Positions 38,201 to 47,499 of a stretch of 64,000 bases of DNA are shown piece by piece. Origin of the DNA: an uncultured Flavobacterium sp. (lineage in GTDB: Bacteria; Bacteroidota; Bacteroidia; Flavobacteriales; Flavobacteriaceae); NCBI GenBank assembly GCA_963513695.1, contig CAUPRL010000014.1, forward strand, positions 14,050 to 78,049. The letters are read 5' to 3'. How positions within the stretch are numbered: position 1 is the first letter of the stretch; each line of letters starts with the position of its first letter. Under the pieces are notes generated by a model. That model did no database searches. It saw only the letters and a program-made list of their open reading frames with translations, and was not told the origin of the DNA. The translations under genes and the position numbers were made by a program.

Positions 38201-39493
38201 GATCCAATTCCAACGCAATTAGCCTATTGTGACAGCTTTACTTTTCCTCCCTTGCCAACACCAAATAATTTTTATTATGATGCCCCTGGTGGTCCATTGG
38301 GTGGAGGAAATAGTATTCCGCCAGGAACAACGGTAACAGCTGCAACAGTGCTTCCAAATTACTATATTTACTATGAAACTGGTGACCGATTGAATTGTAG
38401 TGATGAAAATCAGTTTAGCATCACTATCACGCCAAGACCAGTTGCAAATCCAGTAACACCTTTGGAAACTTGCGATACATTTGCCACAAACGACGGAATC
38501 TTTCAATTCGATTTGACTAGTTTAGCCATTAGAAATCAAGTTTTGAATGGACAAACACCCGATGCCAATTTTACATTAACTTTTTATACTTCTTTGGCTG
38601 CTGCCAATGATATAAATGCAATTCCTATTGCAAATCCTGCTACTTATCAAAATGACACTCCATTTTCTGATAGCGTTTGGATTAGAGTAGCCAACAATAC
38701 TTCGGCAGTGGCTTGTTTTGATGTTGTCGAATTAAATTTAATCGTCAATTTATTTCCAGAACCACAACTACTCGCAGAATATTTTATTTGCGAAGATCAT
38801 GAAACGGGTACTTTATTAAATCCTGCTACTTTAGATTCTGGAATATCAGGAGCCAATATTTTATTCGAATGGACATATAATGGAGCTCCATATGGTGGCA
38901 ACAGCCCTACCATTACAACAACCCAAGTTGGTGATTATGTGGTAAAAGCAACGAATATCGCAACCTTATGTTCTAAAACTGCATCAGCAAAAGTGATTAA
39001 ATATGCTCCTTATTTAGAAGTAACTTATAGCGATGCATTTGATTATCCTACTTTTATATCGGTAAATGTATTGGGTGCTGGTTCTGGAAATTATGAATAT
39101 CAATTGGATGATTTGCCTTTTCAAGACAGCAACACCTTCAATAATGTAATGCCAGGAGAACACACTACTGCTGTAAGGGACAAAAATGGCCATTGCAATC
39201 CTGCTCCAATGAAGGCTATCATCATCAACTATCCCAAATTCTTTACACCAAATGGAGATGGTTACAATGAAACCTGGAACATCAAACATTTAGCATTAAC
39301 CAACCCGAATGCGCCAATATATATTTTTGATAGATATGGAAAATTCCTGAAACAAATAAGCCCTACGAGCGAAGGTTGGAATGGCACATTCAACGGACAG
39401 CCTCTTCCTTCGACCGATTATTGGTTTACTGTAGATTATGATGAGAAAGGCAGTTCAAAAGTGTTCAAGTCACATTTTACGTTGAAGAGGTAA
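35234..39493 (+). CDS. Giant T9SS type-B (gliding-motility CTD) surface protein with a choice-of-anchor-L N-terminal domain
   Basis: Has a signal peptide. The N-terminal domain contains SGVILSTGN, ATVLEFDFVP and FLFASEEYGNF. Repeat modules fill the middle. The C-terminus FFTPNGDGYNETWNI...GWNGTFNGQPLPSTDYWF is the type-B sorting domain. Confidence 0.85.
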   Translation: MQSPMKNSLLIILSLFWIGCFSQTITVDTSTYTVPQLVTDVLVNKSCVPVSNISWRTGTNFGSSNGIGYFENTNPLFPLSSGVILSTGNVANAPGPNTMDLNDGNAAWTGDADLEATLLASGISVNSTNATVLEFDFVPLSSNFDFRFLFASEEYGNFQCQFSDAFTFLLTNNATGVTTNLAVVPGTSTPISVTTIRDFIYNSSCPSVNSTYFGAFNGGSDAASSATNFNGQTVVMSASSNSLIPNTNYHIKLVIADRQDSQSDSAIFLGANSFNVGQDVLGPDLTIAANTAICHNGSHTLISGLNPAIYSFAWTYNGNPIGGNTPDLIVTQPGTYGLTYTVIATSCPVTTDYINVEFYPQIITPDPLNLFKCNSGLPSYTFDLSINTPIVSIPGTQISYHSSVANATSNSSPLPTVLTFPTALLPAPIWVRIEDTYSKCFITKSFQLGITPPPLANKPADITLCETTPGTNTANFNIGGQTSTVLGGQSSTIYDVSYYSNAADANAGMNPINTSAPFTSGSKTLFARIQTTTDPTCFSTTNFKIVVIPRPVLDQRINQFVCGSYTLPPLVNPGNYYSGPNQGLPILNAGDVITTDQIVYLFSTTSGTPSCPIESSFYVTIVEPLDADPTDLTVCDQYQLPTTPFGLRYFSLPGGPSGGGTEYPGGTIITTVGTTTIYTYFESTDIANPCILEGQFNITIDLTPIIAPIANVFECSSYSLPPLTVGDYYTYDTVTGIYTPAISPITTTTTLYVFATNNLCRTPNTVFTVYIGSFGFTDVIECVSYTLSPAPVGEYRDAPNGGGNLVLPGLISSTIQIFTYVPGAACATDSFTITINAPFLTTPTNVNACDSFLLPTQSEGGNYYSLAGGPSTPGNVELIPNSTLTTTQTIYIYKASTIVAGCYNEIPWTITVSKKPKIDSRANVDQCNSYVLSPLKNGAYFDDPNGVNPIPAGTMISANNRIYIYAANPSDPSCFNENFFDISINGVEADPIPTQLAYCDSFTFPPLPTPNNFYYDAPGGPLGGGNSIPPGTTVTAATVLPNYYIYYETGDRLNCSDENQFSITITPRPVANPVTPLETCDTFATNDGIFQFDLTSLAIRNQVLNGQTPDANFTLTFYTSLAAANDINAIPIANPATYQNDTPFSDSVWIRVANNTSAVACFDVVELNLIVNLFPEPQLLAEYFICEDHETGTLLNPATLDSGISGANILFEWTYNGAPYGGNSPTITTTQVGDYVVKATNIATLCSKTASAKVIKYAPYLEVTYSDAFDYPTFISVNVLGAGSGNYEYQLDDLPFQDSNTFNNVMPGEHTTAVRDKNGHCNPAPMKAIIINYPKFFTPNGDGYNETWNIKHLALTNPNAPIYIFDRYGKFLKQISPTSEGWNGTFNGQPLPSTDYWFTVDYDEKGSSKVFKSHFTLKR
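36899..38440 (+). repeat. Seven tandem ~67-81-aa protein modules inside the adhesin gene
   Basis: Each module follows C.(S/Q)(Y/F).LP...G.YY..P.G......I.....IY.Y......C..E..F.ITI. The lead Cys residues are at 562, 635, 715, 782, 849, 927 and 999. Confidence 0.75.
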
Positions 39494-39499
39494 TGATTT

Positions 39500-40507
39500 T
39501 TACCACCTTATAATCACGCTTCCCCAAGTAAATCCGCTACCAAAAGCAGCCAAAACCACCAAATCTCCCGACTTAATTTTTCCTTGTTCCCAAGCTTCGG
39601 TCAAGGCAATCGGAATCGAAGCCGCGGTAGTATTTCCATATTTTTGAATATTATTGAATACTTGATCGTCTTCTAATCTAAATTTCTTTTGAATGAATTG
39701 TGAAATTCTCAAATTGGCTTGGTGTGGAACCAACATATTGATATCTGAAACCTGCAAATTATTGGTTTCTAATCCTTCGTTGATGACTTCTGCAAATCGT
39801 GAAACTGCATTTTTGAAAACAAATTGTCCATTCATATACGGAAAATAACTTTCGTCGTCCGGGTCATTTTCTGCCAAAATATCGGTTATCCAACGACCTC
39901 CCATCCCTGGTGCCATTACATACAATTCTTCGGCATGTTGCCCTTCAGAATGCAAATGTGTAGATAAAATTCCTTTTGTCACATCCTCTTCCCTAGTCAT
40001 AACCGCAGCTCCCGCTCCATCGCCAAAAATCACCGAAACACTGCGACCACGATCCGTCATATCCAATCCCGTCGATTGCACTTCAGAACCAATAATCAAA
40101 ATATTTTTATACATTCCGGTTTTAATATACTGATCAGCGATAGAAACAGCATAGACAAAACCTGAACACTGATTTCTAATATCTAAAGCGCCAACAGTAT
40201 TTAATCCCAAATCCCGTTGGACCAAAACTCCCGGACCTGGAAAATAATAATCTGGACTCAAAGTGGCAAAAATGACAAAATCGATGTCTTCTTTTGCAAT
40301 TCCGGAGCGTTCAAGGGCTATTTTAGCCGCTTTAACACCCATTGTTGTCGTAGTATCTTCGCCTGGAATGATATGTCTTCGCTCTTGAATTCCCGTTCTT
40401 TCCTGAATCCATTCATCATTCGTGTCCATTATTTTAGACAAATCATCGTTAGTAACTACATTTTCTGGGACATAATATCCTAGACCTGCTATTTTTGAAT
40501 GGTACAT
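39500..40507 (-). CDS. fabH: 3-oxoacyl-ACP synthase III
   Basis: Contains NQCSGF (Cys), VPHQANLRI (His), YGNTTAASIP (Asn) and a C-terminal GSGFTWGSVIIRW. Confidence 0.92.
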   Translation of the reverse strand: MYHSKIAGLGYYVPENVVTNDDLSKIMDTNDEWIQERTGIQERRHIIPGEDTTTTMGVKAAKIALERSGIAKEDIDFVIFATLSPDYYFPGPGVLVQRDLGLNTVGALDIRNQCSGFVYAVSIADQYIKTGMYKNILIIGSEVQSTGLDMTDRGRSVSVIFGDGAGAAVMTREEDVTKGILSTHLHSEGQHAEELYVMAPGMGGRWITDILAENDPDDESYFPYMNGQFVFKNAVSRFAEVINEGLETNNLQVSDINMLVPHQANLRISQFIQKKFRLEDDQVFNNIQKYGNTTAASIPIALTEAWEQGKIKSGDLVVLAAFGSGFTWGSVIIRW

Positions 40508-40710
40508 ATTGTGTTGTTTTAATAAAAATTGAATAGCAATTTTAAGAATACTCTAAAATCAAGTACAATGTAGCAATAATTTTGAAAGCACCAATATTTT
40601 TTACACATTTTCAATACACTTCTTTATTTTTAGTTTAAAATTTTTATAAATCTCGAACTTTGAATTTAATATCCTATTTTTGACTGAATAGCAATATCTA
40701 TTTTTTTGAT

Positions 40711-41664
40711 ATGGTAAAATCCATTTTATTTTTCTTCTTAATTTTCTCCTCAACCTACGGCCAAATCCCGGGCTGTACGGATGCGCTTGCCAAAAATTTC
40801 GATCCAAAAGCGACCAATAATGATGGAAATTGCTTGTACAATTACGCCAAAATCAAACCAGAAACAACACTGAAATTGAGTGATTCATTAGTAGAAACCT
40901 CAGGTTTGATAGCTTTCGATAATTTACTTTGGACTCACAACGACGATCACGACACCAACATTTATGGATTGGATTCTAATGGAAAAATCCAAAAAAAAAT
41001 CAAACTCGAAAAGGTAAAAAACAACGACTGGGAAGAGATTTCGCAAGACAGCTCCTATATTTACATTGGCGATTTTGGAAACAATTTTAGTGGTAATCGA
41101 ACGGATTTACATATTTTAAGAATTGAAAAACAATCTTTTCTAACCAATAAACCAATTATTGACACCATCTCCTTTTCTTATTCGAATCAAATAGATTTCA
41201 GTGCTAAAACAGGTAACATAACCGATTTTGATTGTGAAGCTTTTGTCGTTAGTCGAGACAGCATCTATTTATTTACCAAACAATGGACTCAAAACGAAAC
41301 CAGTATTTACGTTTTACCAAAGGGAGCTGGAAATCACATCGCTAAACTAAAGGAAACTATAAACGTAAAAGGATTGGTTACTGCTGCAAGTTTTCTCAAT
41401 TCTTTAAAATCAATAGTCCTTTGCGGCTACACTAGAAATGGACAGCCCTTTTTATTCCTTTTATACGATTACCAAAACTATAATTTCTCTAATGGCAATA
41501 AGCGAAAAATAGAGCTATCATTGCCTTTCCATCAAATAGAAGGCATCACAACCGAAGACGGGAAATTGTTCTATCTAACCAATGAGTCTTTCATCAGAAA
41601 GCCAATCATAAATAACCCGCAACAATTGCATTCGGTCGATTTGAGTTCGTTTTTAAGAAATTGA
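40711..41664 (+). CDS. Secreted protein of unknown function, probably beta-propeller-like
   Basis: Has a signal peptide and a two-Cys N-terminal module GCTDALAKNFDPKATNNDGNCLY. The rest resembles SdiA-regulated/phytase-like propellers (ETSGLIAF...WEEIS...IYIGDFGNN). This is a weak call. Confidence 0.5.
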   Translation: MVKSILFFFLIFSSTYGQIPGCTDALAKNFDPKATNNDGNCLYNYAKIKPETTLKLSDSLVETSGLIAFDNLLWTHNDDHDTNIYGLDSNGKIQKKIKLEKVKNNDWEEISQDSSYIYIGDFGNNFSGNRTDLHILRIEKQSFLTNKPIIDTISFSYSNQIDFSAKTGNITDFDCEAFVVSRDSIYLFTKQWTQNETSIYVLPKGAGNHIAKLKETINVKGLVTAASFLNSLKSIVLCGYTRNGQPFLFLLYDYQNYNFSNGNKRKIELSLPFHQIEGITTEDGKLFYLTNESFIRKPIINNPQQLHSVDLSSFLRN

Positions 41665-41790
41665 TTTTAATCCTCACTTTAGGCTTTCTAGGTTTAAAAA
41701 AATTGTTGAAATACACTAATTGTTGAAAATGGTGTAATAACAATAGATTTAACCTCAATATTTTAGACTATTATTTGAATGAAAAACGCC

Positions 41791-41810
41791 TGTAGTATAA
41801 TGTAGTATAA
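41791..41810. repeat. Perfect tandem duplication TGTAGTATAA x2
   Basis: Read directly from the sequence. It is intergenic, 130 nt upstream of the gene at 41940. Confidence 0.9.
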
Positions 41811-41939
41811 TACAAACAATGTACTTAAAAACGATTTTCGATAATGGCTTAATGGGAAATTGTTTAAAATTTTATTTTTAATACTTGTACATCTCTATTT
41901 TAAGAAAAACTTATTATCTTCGACCCTCAAAAAAAAGTT

Positions 41940-43790
41940 ATGAAATATCTAGTTACGACCATTTTACTTTTAGTATCAGTATTGATTTTTGCGCAAGAAG
42001 ATACTAAAACCAATTATGACAAAAAAGAAGTTTACATTGAGATGCGGGACGGAACGAAATTATTCACCGCAATTTACACTCCAAAAGATATTTCGAAAGA
42101 CAAAAAGTATCCCATTTTAATGCAACGAACTTGTTATAGTGTTGCACCTTATGGAGAAGCTAATTTTAAGAAATCATTAGGTCCAAATGCTTTCTTGCAA
42201 AAAGACAAATATATTTATGTATACCAAGACGTCAGAGGTAGGTACATGAGCGAGGGTGTTTTTACAAATATGACACCTCAGGTTACACACAAAACAAAAA
42301 AAGATATTGACGAAAGCACGGACACCTACGACACCATAGATTGGTTAATCAAAAATATTAAAAACAATACTGAAAAAGTGGGTCAATACGGAACTTCATA
42401 TCCTGGGTTTTATGCTGCAGCTGGAACCATAGCGAATCATCCCGCTTTAGTTGCTTCCTCGCCACAGGCTCCAATTTCTGATTTCTTTTTTGATGATTTT
42501 CATCACAATGGTGCTTTCTTAATGAGCTATTTTAAAATATTTCCTGTTTTTGGAATTCAAAAAACAAAAGCTGAAAATAAAGCATGGTATACAGACCAAT
42601 CTATCAAAACTATTTCTAAAGACGGGTCGATTTTTTATAATGAAATAGGTACATTAAAAGAAGGTGTAGACAAATATTATAAAAATAACTTTTTCATGCA
42701 AGAAATGGTTAGCCATCCTAGTTATGATGAATTTTGGCAATCTAGAAATTTGCTCCCTCATTTAAAAGGGATTAATCACGCCGTGATGACTGTTGGTGGT
42801 TGGTTTGATGCCGAAGACTTAGCTGGACCTTTGAATATTTACAAAACAATTGAAAAGAATAATCCGAAAGCAAAAAACACAATTGTTATGGGACCGTTTT
42901 CACACGGTGGTTGGTCTAGAGAAAACGGCAAGCACTATCATAATGATATTTATTTTGGAGATAGCATTGCTACTTACTATCAAAAAAATATTGAATACAA
43001 ATTCTTCAATCATTATTTAAAAGAAAAATCAAAAGATGCTGCAGCACTTCCCGAAGCTTTCATGTTTGATACTGGCAAAAAAGAATGGAAACAATTTGCA
43101 ACATGGCCACCAAAAGAAAGTTCAAAACTCAATTTTTATTTCAATTCTAACGGAAAATTAGCGAATGGAAAATCTACTACTAATTCATATTCTGAATATT
43201 ATAGCGACCCAAGCAAACCAGTATCAAGTAGCATTAATTATGCAGAATACAATGGAAATACCCCAAGAAATTACATGTCAGAAGACCAACGTTTTGCACT
43301 AAGCAGACCAGATGTAGTAACTTTTACAACTGATTATTTAACCGAAGACGAAACGCTTGCAGGAGAAATTATGGCAAAACTAAAAATAGCGACTACAGCA
43401 ACGGATGCCGATTTTATTGTAAAACTAATCGATATTTATCCTGCCGATGAACCGCAAAATAAGGATAAACCAAATGTGCTGTATGCTAATTATCATCAAA
43501 TGGTCAGAAGCGAAGTGATGCCGGCTCGTTTTAGAAATAGTTTCGAAAAACCAGAACCACTGACACCAGATAAAACCACCGCAGTAAATTTTAGATTACA
43601 AGATGTTTTACATACCTTTAAAAAAGGACATAAAATTCAGATACAAATTCAGAGTACGTGTTATCCGTTAATTGCGGTTAATCCTCAAAATTTTCTAGAA
43701 AATCCTTATCTAGCTAAAAAGGAAGAGTACACCAAAGCATTCATTAAAATTTTCGATGATAGTTTTGTAGAGGTTGACATCATAAAATAA
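41940..43790 (+). CDS. CocE/NonD family (S15, Xaa-Pro dipeptidyl-peptidase-like) serine hydrolase
   Basis: 616 aa with a signal peptide. Contains the GTSYPGFY nucleophile block and a C-terminal jelly-roll domain. Confidence 0.85.
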   Translation: MKYLVTTILLLVSVLIFAQEDTKTNYDKKEVYIEMRDGTKLFTAIYTPKDISKDKKYPILMQRTCYSVAPYGEANFKKSLGPNAFLQKDKYIYVYQDVRGRYMSEGVFTNMTPQVTHKTKKDIDESTDTYDTIDWLIKNIKNNTEKVGQYGTSYPGFYAAAGTIANHPALVASSPQAPISDFFFDDFHHNGAFLMSYFKIFPVFGIQKTKAENKAWYTDQSIKTISKDGSIFYNEIGTLKEGVDKYYKNNFFMQEMVSHPSYDEFWQSRNLLPHLKGINHAVMTVGGWFDAEDLAGPLNIYKTIEKNNPKAKNTIVMGPFSHGGWSRENGKHYHNDIYFGDSIATYYQKNIEYKFFNHYLKEKSKDAAALPEAFMFDTGKKEWKQFATWPPKESSKLNFYFNSNGKLANGKSTTNSYSEYYSDPSKPVSSSINYAEYNGNTPRNYMSEDQRFALSRPDVVTFTTDYLTEDETLAGEIMAKLKIATTATDADFIVKLIDIYPADEPQNKDKPNVLYANYHQMVRSEVMPARFRNSFEKPEPLTPDKTTAVNFRLQDVLHTFKKGHKIQIQIQSTCYPLIAVNPQNFLENPYLAKKEEYTKAFIKIFDDSFVEVDIIK

Positions 43791-43862
43791 GCATCAAAAA
43801 GCTGTCAGAAATGGCAGCTTTTTATTTGACATTAAAATAGTGTATCATCCCTTACAATAAAC

Positions 43863-43870
43863 TATTTTTG
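43863..43870 (+). promoter_or_regulatory. Candidate -7 promoter box
   Basis: TATTTTTG lies 17 nt upstream of the ABC-F ATG. Confidence 0.45.
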
Positions 43871-43887
43871 CATTTCTAAATAAAATT

Positions 43888-45750
43888 ATGAATTACTTAT
43901 CAGTCGAAAATATATCGAAATCCTATGGCGAACGTACGCTTTTCAAAGACATAAGCTTTGGAATCAATAAAGATCAAAAAATTGCCTTCATAGCCAAAAA
44001 CGGTTCTGGGAAAACCACCATAATGAACATCATCAATGGTTTTGATGAGCCCGACACAGGACAAGTCGTGCTTCGCAAAAGCATCCGAATGGCTTTTCTT
44101 TCGCAAGACAATAAATTGCAGGACGAACTGACGATTGAAGAAAGTATTTTCGCTTCGGACAACGAGACTCTGAAGGTGATTGAAGCCTACGAAAAAGCAT
44201 TAGAAAATCCCGAAGACGAAGAAGCCTATCAAAAAGCTTTCGACGGAATGGACCAACACAACGCTTGGGATTTCGAAACCCAATTCAAGCAAATTTTGTT
44301 CAAATTGAAGTTGGAAGATTTCAAACTGAAAGTAAAAAACCTTTCGGGTGGACAGAAAAAACGTTTGTCTCTTGCCATCATTTTGATTAATCGTCCCGAT
44401 TTATTAATTCTGGATGAACCTACGAATCACTTGGATTTGGAGATGATCGAATGGCTCGAAAGTTATTTTGCCAAAGAAAATATTACGCTGTTTATGGTGA
44501 CGCACGACCGTTTCTTCTTGGAGCGTGTTTGCAACGAAATCATCGAATTAGACAACGGAAAAATATACCAATACAAAGGAAATTATTCCTATTATTTAGA
44601 GAAAAAAGAAGAGCGAATCGCTTCCGAAAATTCGAGCGTGGACAAAGCCCAAAACTTGTTCGTCAAAGAATTAGAATGGATGCGCCGCCAACCCAAAGCG
44701 AGAACAACCAAATCGAAATCGCGTCAGGATGATTTTTATGTAATCAAGGAAAAAGCACAAAGTCGCCGACGAGAAAATAAAGTCGAACTCGAAATCAATA
44801 TGGAACGAATGGGAAGCAAGATTATCGAGCTTCACAAAATTTCCAAAAAATTCAAAGACCACGTGATTCTGGATAATTTCAGTTTCGATTTTCAACGTGG
44901 TGAACGCATTGGAATTATCGGGAAAAATGGAACCGGAAAATCAACTTTCTTAAACCTTTTGACAGGAACTATTCCTTTAGATTCTGGAAAAGTGGTCGTG
45001 GGGGAAACCATCAAAATTGGGTATTACACCCAAAGCGGAATCAACCCAAAACCGGGGCAACGTGTAATTGATGTCATCAAAGAATACGGCGAATACATTC
45101 CGTTGACGAAAGGCAGACTGATTTCGGCTTCACAATTGTTAGAGCGTTTTCTTTTTGACTCCAAAAAACAATACGATTATGTCGAAAAACTGAGCGGTGG
45201 CGAGTTGAAACGACTGTATTTGTGTACCGTTTTAATCCAAAACCCGAACTTCCTGATTCTGGATGAGCCTACGAATGATTTAGATATTGTAACCTTGAAT
45301 GTCTTGGAAAGTTTCTTGTTGGATTATCCAGGTTGTTTACTTGTAGTGTCTCACGACCGTTATTTTATGGACAAAATCGTAGATCAATTATTTGTTTTTA
45401 GAGGCCAAGGTGAAATTGAAACTTTCCCTGGCAACTACTCCGATTTTAGATCTTACGAAGACAGCGCCGATGTAGCTCAAAAAGAGGACAACAAAGCCGA
45501 AAAGAAAGACTGGAAACAAAACAATCCAACAGGAAATTTGACTTTTAACGAGCAAAAAGAATACCAGAAAATTGAACGAGAAATCAAAGATTTGGAAATC
45601 GAAAAAGCCAAAATCGAACAATTATTTTCCGAAGGAAAAGTAGTCGATGCCGATATTGAGAAAAAAGCCAAAGAACTCGAAAAAATCATTTCTAAAATTG
45701 AAGAAAAAGAAGAACGATGGTTTGAACTGAGTGCGAAGATAGAAGGTTAG
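43888..45750 (+). CDS. ABC-F family ATPase (Uup-like, no membrane domain)
   Basis: Two cassettes are present: AKNGSGKTT with LSGGQKKR, and GKNGTGKST with LSGGELKR. The C-terminal tail is a charged coiled coil. Confidence 0.9.
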   Translation: MNYLSVENISKSYGERTLFKDISFGINKDQKIAFIAKNGSGKTTIMNIINGFDEPDTGQVVLRKSIRMAFLSQDNKLQDELTIEESIFASDNETLKVIEAYEKALENPEDEEAYQKAFDGMDQHNAWDFETQFKQILFKLKLEDFKLKVKNLSGGQKKRLSLAIILINRPDLLILDEPTNHLDLEMIEWLESYFAKENITLFMVTHDRFFLERVCNEIIELDNGKIYQYKGNYSYYLEKKEERIASENSSVDKAQNLFVKELEWMRRQPKARTTKSKSRQDDFYVIKEKAQSRRRENKVELEINMERMGSKIIELHKISKKFKDHVILDNFSFDFQRGERIGIIGKNGTGKSTFLNLLTGTIPLDSGKVVVGETIKIGYYTQSGINPKPGQRVIDVIKEYGEYIPLTKGRLISASQLLERFLFDSKKQYDYVEKLSGGELKRLYLCTVLIQNPNFLILDEPTNDLDIVTLNVLESFLLDYPGCLLVVSHDRYFMDKIVDQLFVFRGQGEIETFPGNYSDFRSYEDSADVAQKEDNKAEKKDWKQNNPTGNLTFNEQKEYQKIEREIKDLEIEKAKIEQLFSEGKVVDADIEKKAKELEKIISKIEEKEERWFELSAKIEG

Positions 45751-45758
45751 AATGTCAT

Positions 45759-45780
45759 TGCGAGGACGGGCGCCATCGCA
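45759..45780 (+). other. GC-rich extragenic hairpin
   Basis: TGCGAGG-acgggcg-CCATCGCA immediately follows the ABC-F stop. It is compositionally unlike its surroundings. Confidence 0.45.
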
Positions 45781-45795
45781 TATCGATTAACGTAC

Positions 45796-45845
45796 AACCC
45801 CAACACTTTTAGTAGTAATACTGAGAATGTTGGGGTTATTTTTTA
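45796..45845 (+). terminator. Long-loop terminator hairpin
   Basis: AACCCCAACA pairs with TGTTGGGGTT (10 bp) across a 22-nt loop, followed by ATTTTTT. Confidence 0.6.
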
Positions 45846-45975
45846 AATATAAGCCCTTTGATGATTTGTAGGAAAAAAATTTATATATTTGATAGAAAAT
45901 ACAGACTTATAGTTTCTGACTTATAAAATAGTTAGCAGATATATTAACAAAAAACACCTAAAACTAATAATTACG

Positions 45976-46563
45976 ATGAAAAAAATACTTACTATCTCAT
46001 TTTTTATATTTTGTTCTTTAATTACATATTGTCAGACATTAACTTTAGAAGAATTTCAAAATCAAGCTTCTCTTTCAGGTTTACAATTTGAAATGCCAAT
46101 TGGATATAAAATAAAAGAAATAAAAGAGAATAGAGATCTACGATATTCATTTGCAATAATTAATAAAGATGAAACAATGGAAGTCCGTTATTCAATTTTT
46201 CCTTTAAAAAAACTGTTTGAGAACTATGAAAAGTCAAAAAATGATCCAAATACGATAATGATTAATCCAAACAATATGTATATGAATATAATGAGATCGA
46301 ATGTAATGAATATGACTAATGGAAAAATGGTAAATATTGGAGATTTTCCATCAATAGCGGTAAAAAAAGAATTTAATGCTGATTATGGAGGAAGTTCATT
46401 TTTTGAATTTAATTGCGAATTTGGAAAAGGATATAAATATGGTCAAGCAGTTTGTTTACACAAAAATAATGTTGCTGATGCAATTATAACTTTTATGAGT
46501 AATGATAGAAATATACATTCAGACTTAATGGATATTCCATTTCACGCTTTGACATTTAAATAA
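45976..46563 (+). CDS. Secreted hypothetical protein
   Basis: Signal peptide MKKILTISFFIFCSLITYCQ. 195 aa. No family recognised. Confidence 0.55.
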   Translation: MKKILTISFFIFCSLITYCQTLTLEEFQNQASLSGLQFEMPIGYKIKEIKENRDLRYSFAIINKDETMEVRYSIFPLKKLFENYEKSKNDPNTIMINPNNMYMNIMRSNVMNMTNGKMVNIGDFPSIAVKKEFNADYGGSSFFEFNCEFGKGYKYGQAVCLHKNNVADAIITFMSNDRNIHSDLMDIPFHALTFK

Positions 46564-46572
46564 TTCTAAAGG

Positions 46573-46600
46573 CTGGCGCAAGCGTCACGCTTGTGCCCAG
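46573..46600 (+). other. GC-rich extragenic hairpin
   Basis: CTGGCGCAAGCG-tca-CGCTTGTGC(C)CAG forms about 12 bp with one bulge. No U-run follows. Confidence 0.45.
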
Positions 46601-46627
46601 AAACAAAGTCAACAAATATCTATTAAG

Positions 46628-46656
46628 CTACAATAGCACCAAACAATTGTAGTTTT
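46628..46656 (+). terminator. Rho-independent terminator
   Basis: CTACAAT-loop-ATTGTAG followed by TTTT. Confidence 0.55.
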
Positions 46657-46727
46657 AAAAAAAACTAATTTGATTCTATCAAATGATACTATCAACAATT
46701 CAGACTTTTTTCCATACCAATTTTTAC

Positions 46728-46735
46728 TATATTTG
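46728..46735 (+). promoter_or_regulatory. Candidate -7 promoter box
   Basis: TATATTTG lies within TTTTACTATATTTGCC, 11 nt upstream of the ATG. The same 15-mer context recurs at 47721. Confidence 0.45.
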
Positions 46736-46746
46736 CCCCTCAAAAA

Positions 46747-47343
46747 ATGAAAAAACAATTATTTACCCTATTACTTCTTTCTGTTTCTTACATTAGCTTC
46801 TCTCAAAATACCAGCTATGGTATAGTTGTAGGAATGAATTATTATATGATTGAAGTGGAAGGTCCTCTATTTGCAAATTCAGGTTACGGCCCAAGTTTGG
46901 GAGCTTTTGTAGATTATAAAATCAATAATAGTTTTGGTACAAAAATTAATTTGTTGTTCAATAAAACCACCGAGGAAGATTATTATTTGTCAGATCAATA
47001 TAGCAATGCTAATCAAGTCTTTAATAAAATTGAATTAAATACGCTACAACTCGATGCACTTTTAAAATTTGATGTAAACAAAGAATATAATAAGGGATTT
47101 TATGTACTTGGAGGTTTTAAATTAACTAATATATTGAATGCAGAATCAGATATGAATCAATTTCTTATCAATGATTTTTATAAAAATATGAATTTTGGAG
47201 GCTTATTAGGTTTTGGTTTCACTTTTTTGAAAAATTTTAGTATTGAAATAATGGGAAATACTAATTTTACTAATACTCTAAATTCTGACGTGAATAAAGC
47301 AAAAAACACTGGAGGTCAAGTAAATCTGATTTTTAATATATAA
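46747..47343 (+). CDS. Small outer-membrane beta-barrel (OMP_b-brl / porin-family) protein
   Basis: Has a signal peptide, alternating amphipathic strands and a terminal aromatic (...VNLIFNI). Confidence 0.6.
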   Translation: MKKQLFTLLLLSVSYISFSQNTSYGIVVGMNYYMIEVEGPLFANSGYGPSLGAFVDYKINNSFGTKINLLFNKTTEEDYYLSDQYSNANQVFNKIELNTLQLDALLKFDVNKEYNKGFYVLGGFKLTNILNAESDMNQFLINDFYKNMNFGGLLGFGFTFLKNFSIEIMGNTNFTNTLNSDVNKAKNTGGQVNLIFNI

Positions 47344-47499
47344 TCTCCAGCTGTACAAAGTCTTCCGACTTCGTACAATTTGTACATTCCATAACAATTT
47401 TCTAGAAATCCTGTTAAAAAAATAGTTTTAAACAGTTGTTATTTTAAAGAAAAAAAACAACAAACTGTATAGTTATTTTAGGACGAATTTGCTCCCGAC

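Noticed and set aside
40601-40807. A 68-aa minus-strand ORF overlapping the start of the gene at 40711. Likewise 52225-52599 (124 aa) and 60684-60947 (87 aa).
   Set aside because: They overlap the 5' or 3' ends of better-supported genes, span promoter or intergenic DNA, and have an Arg/Lys-rich or hydrophobic junk composition.
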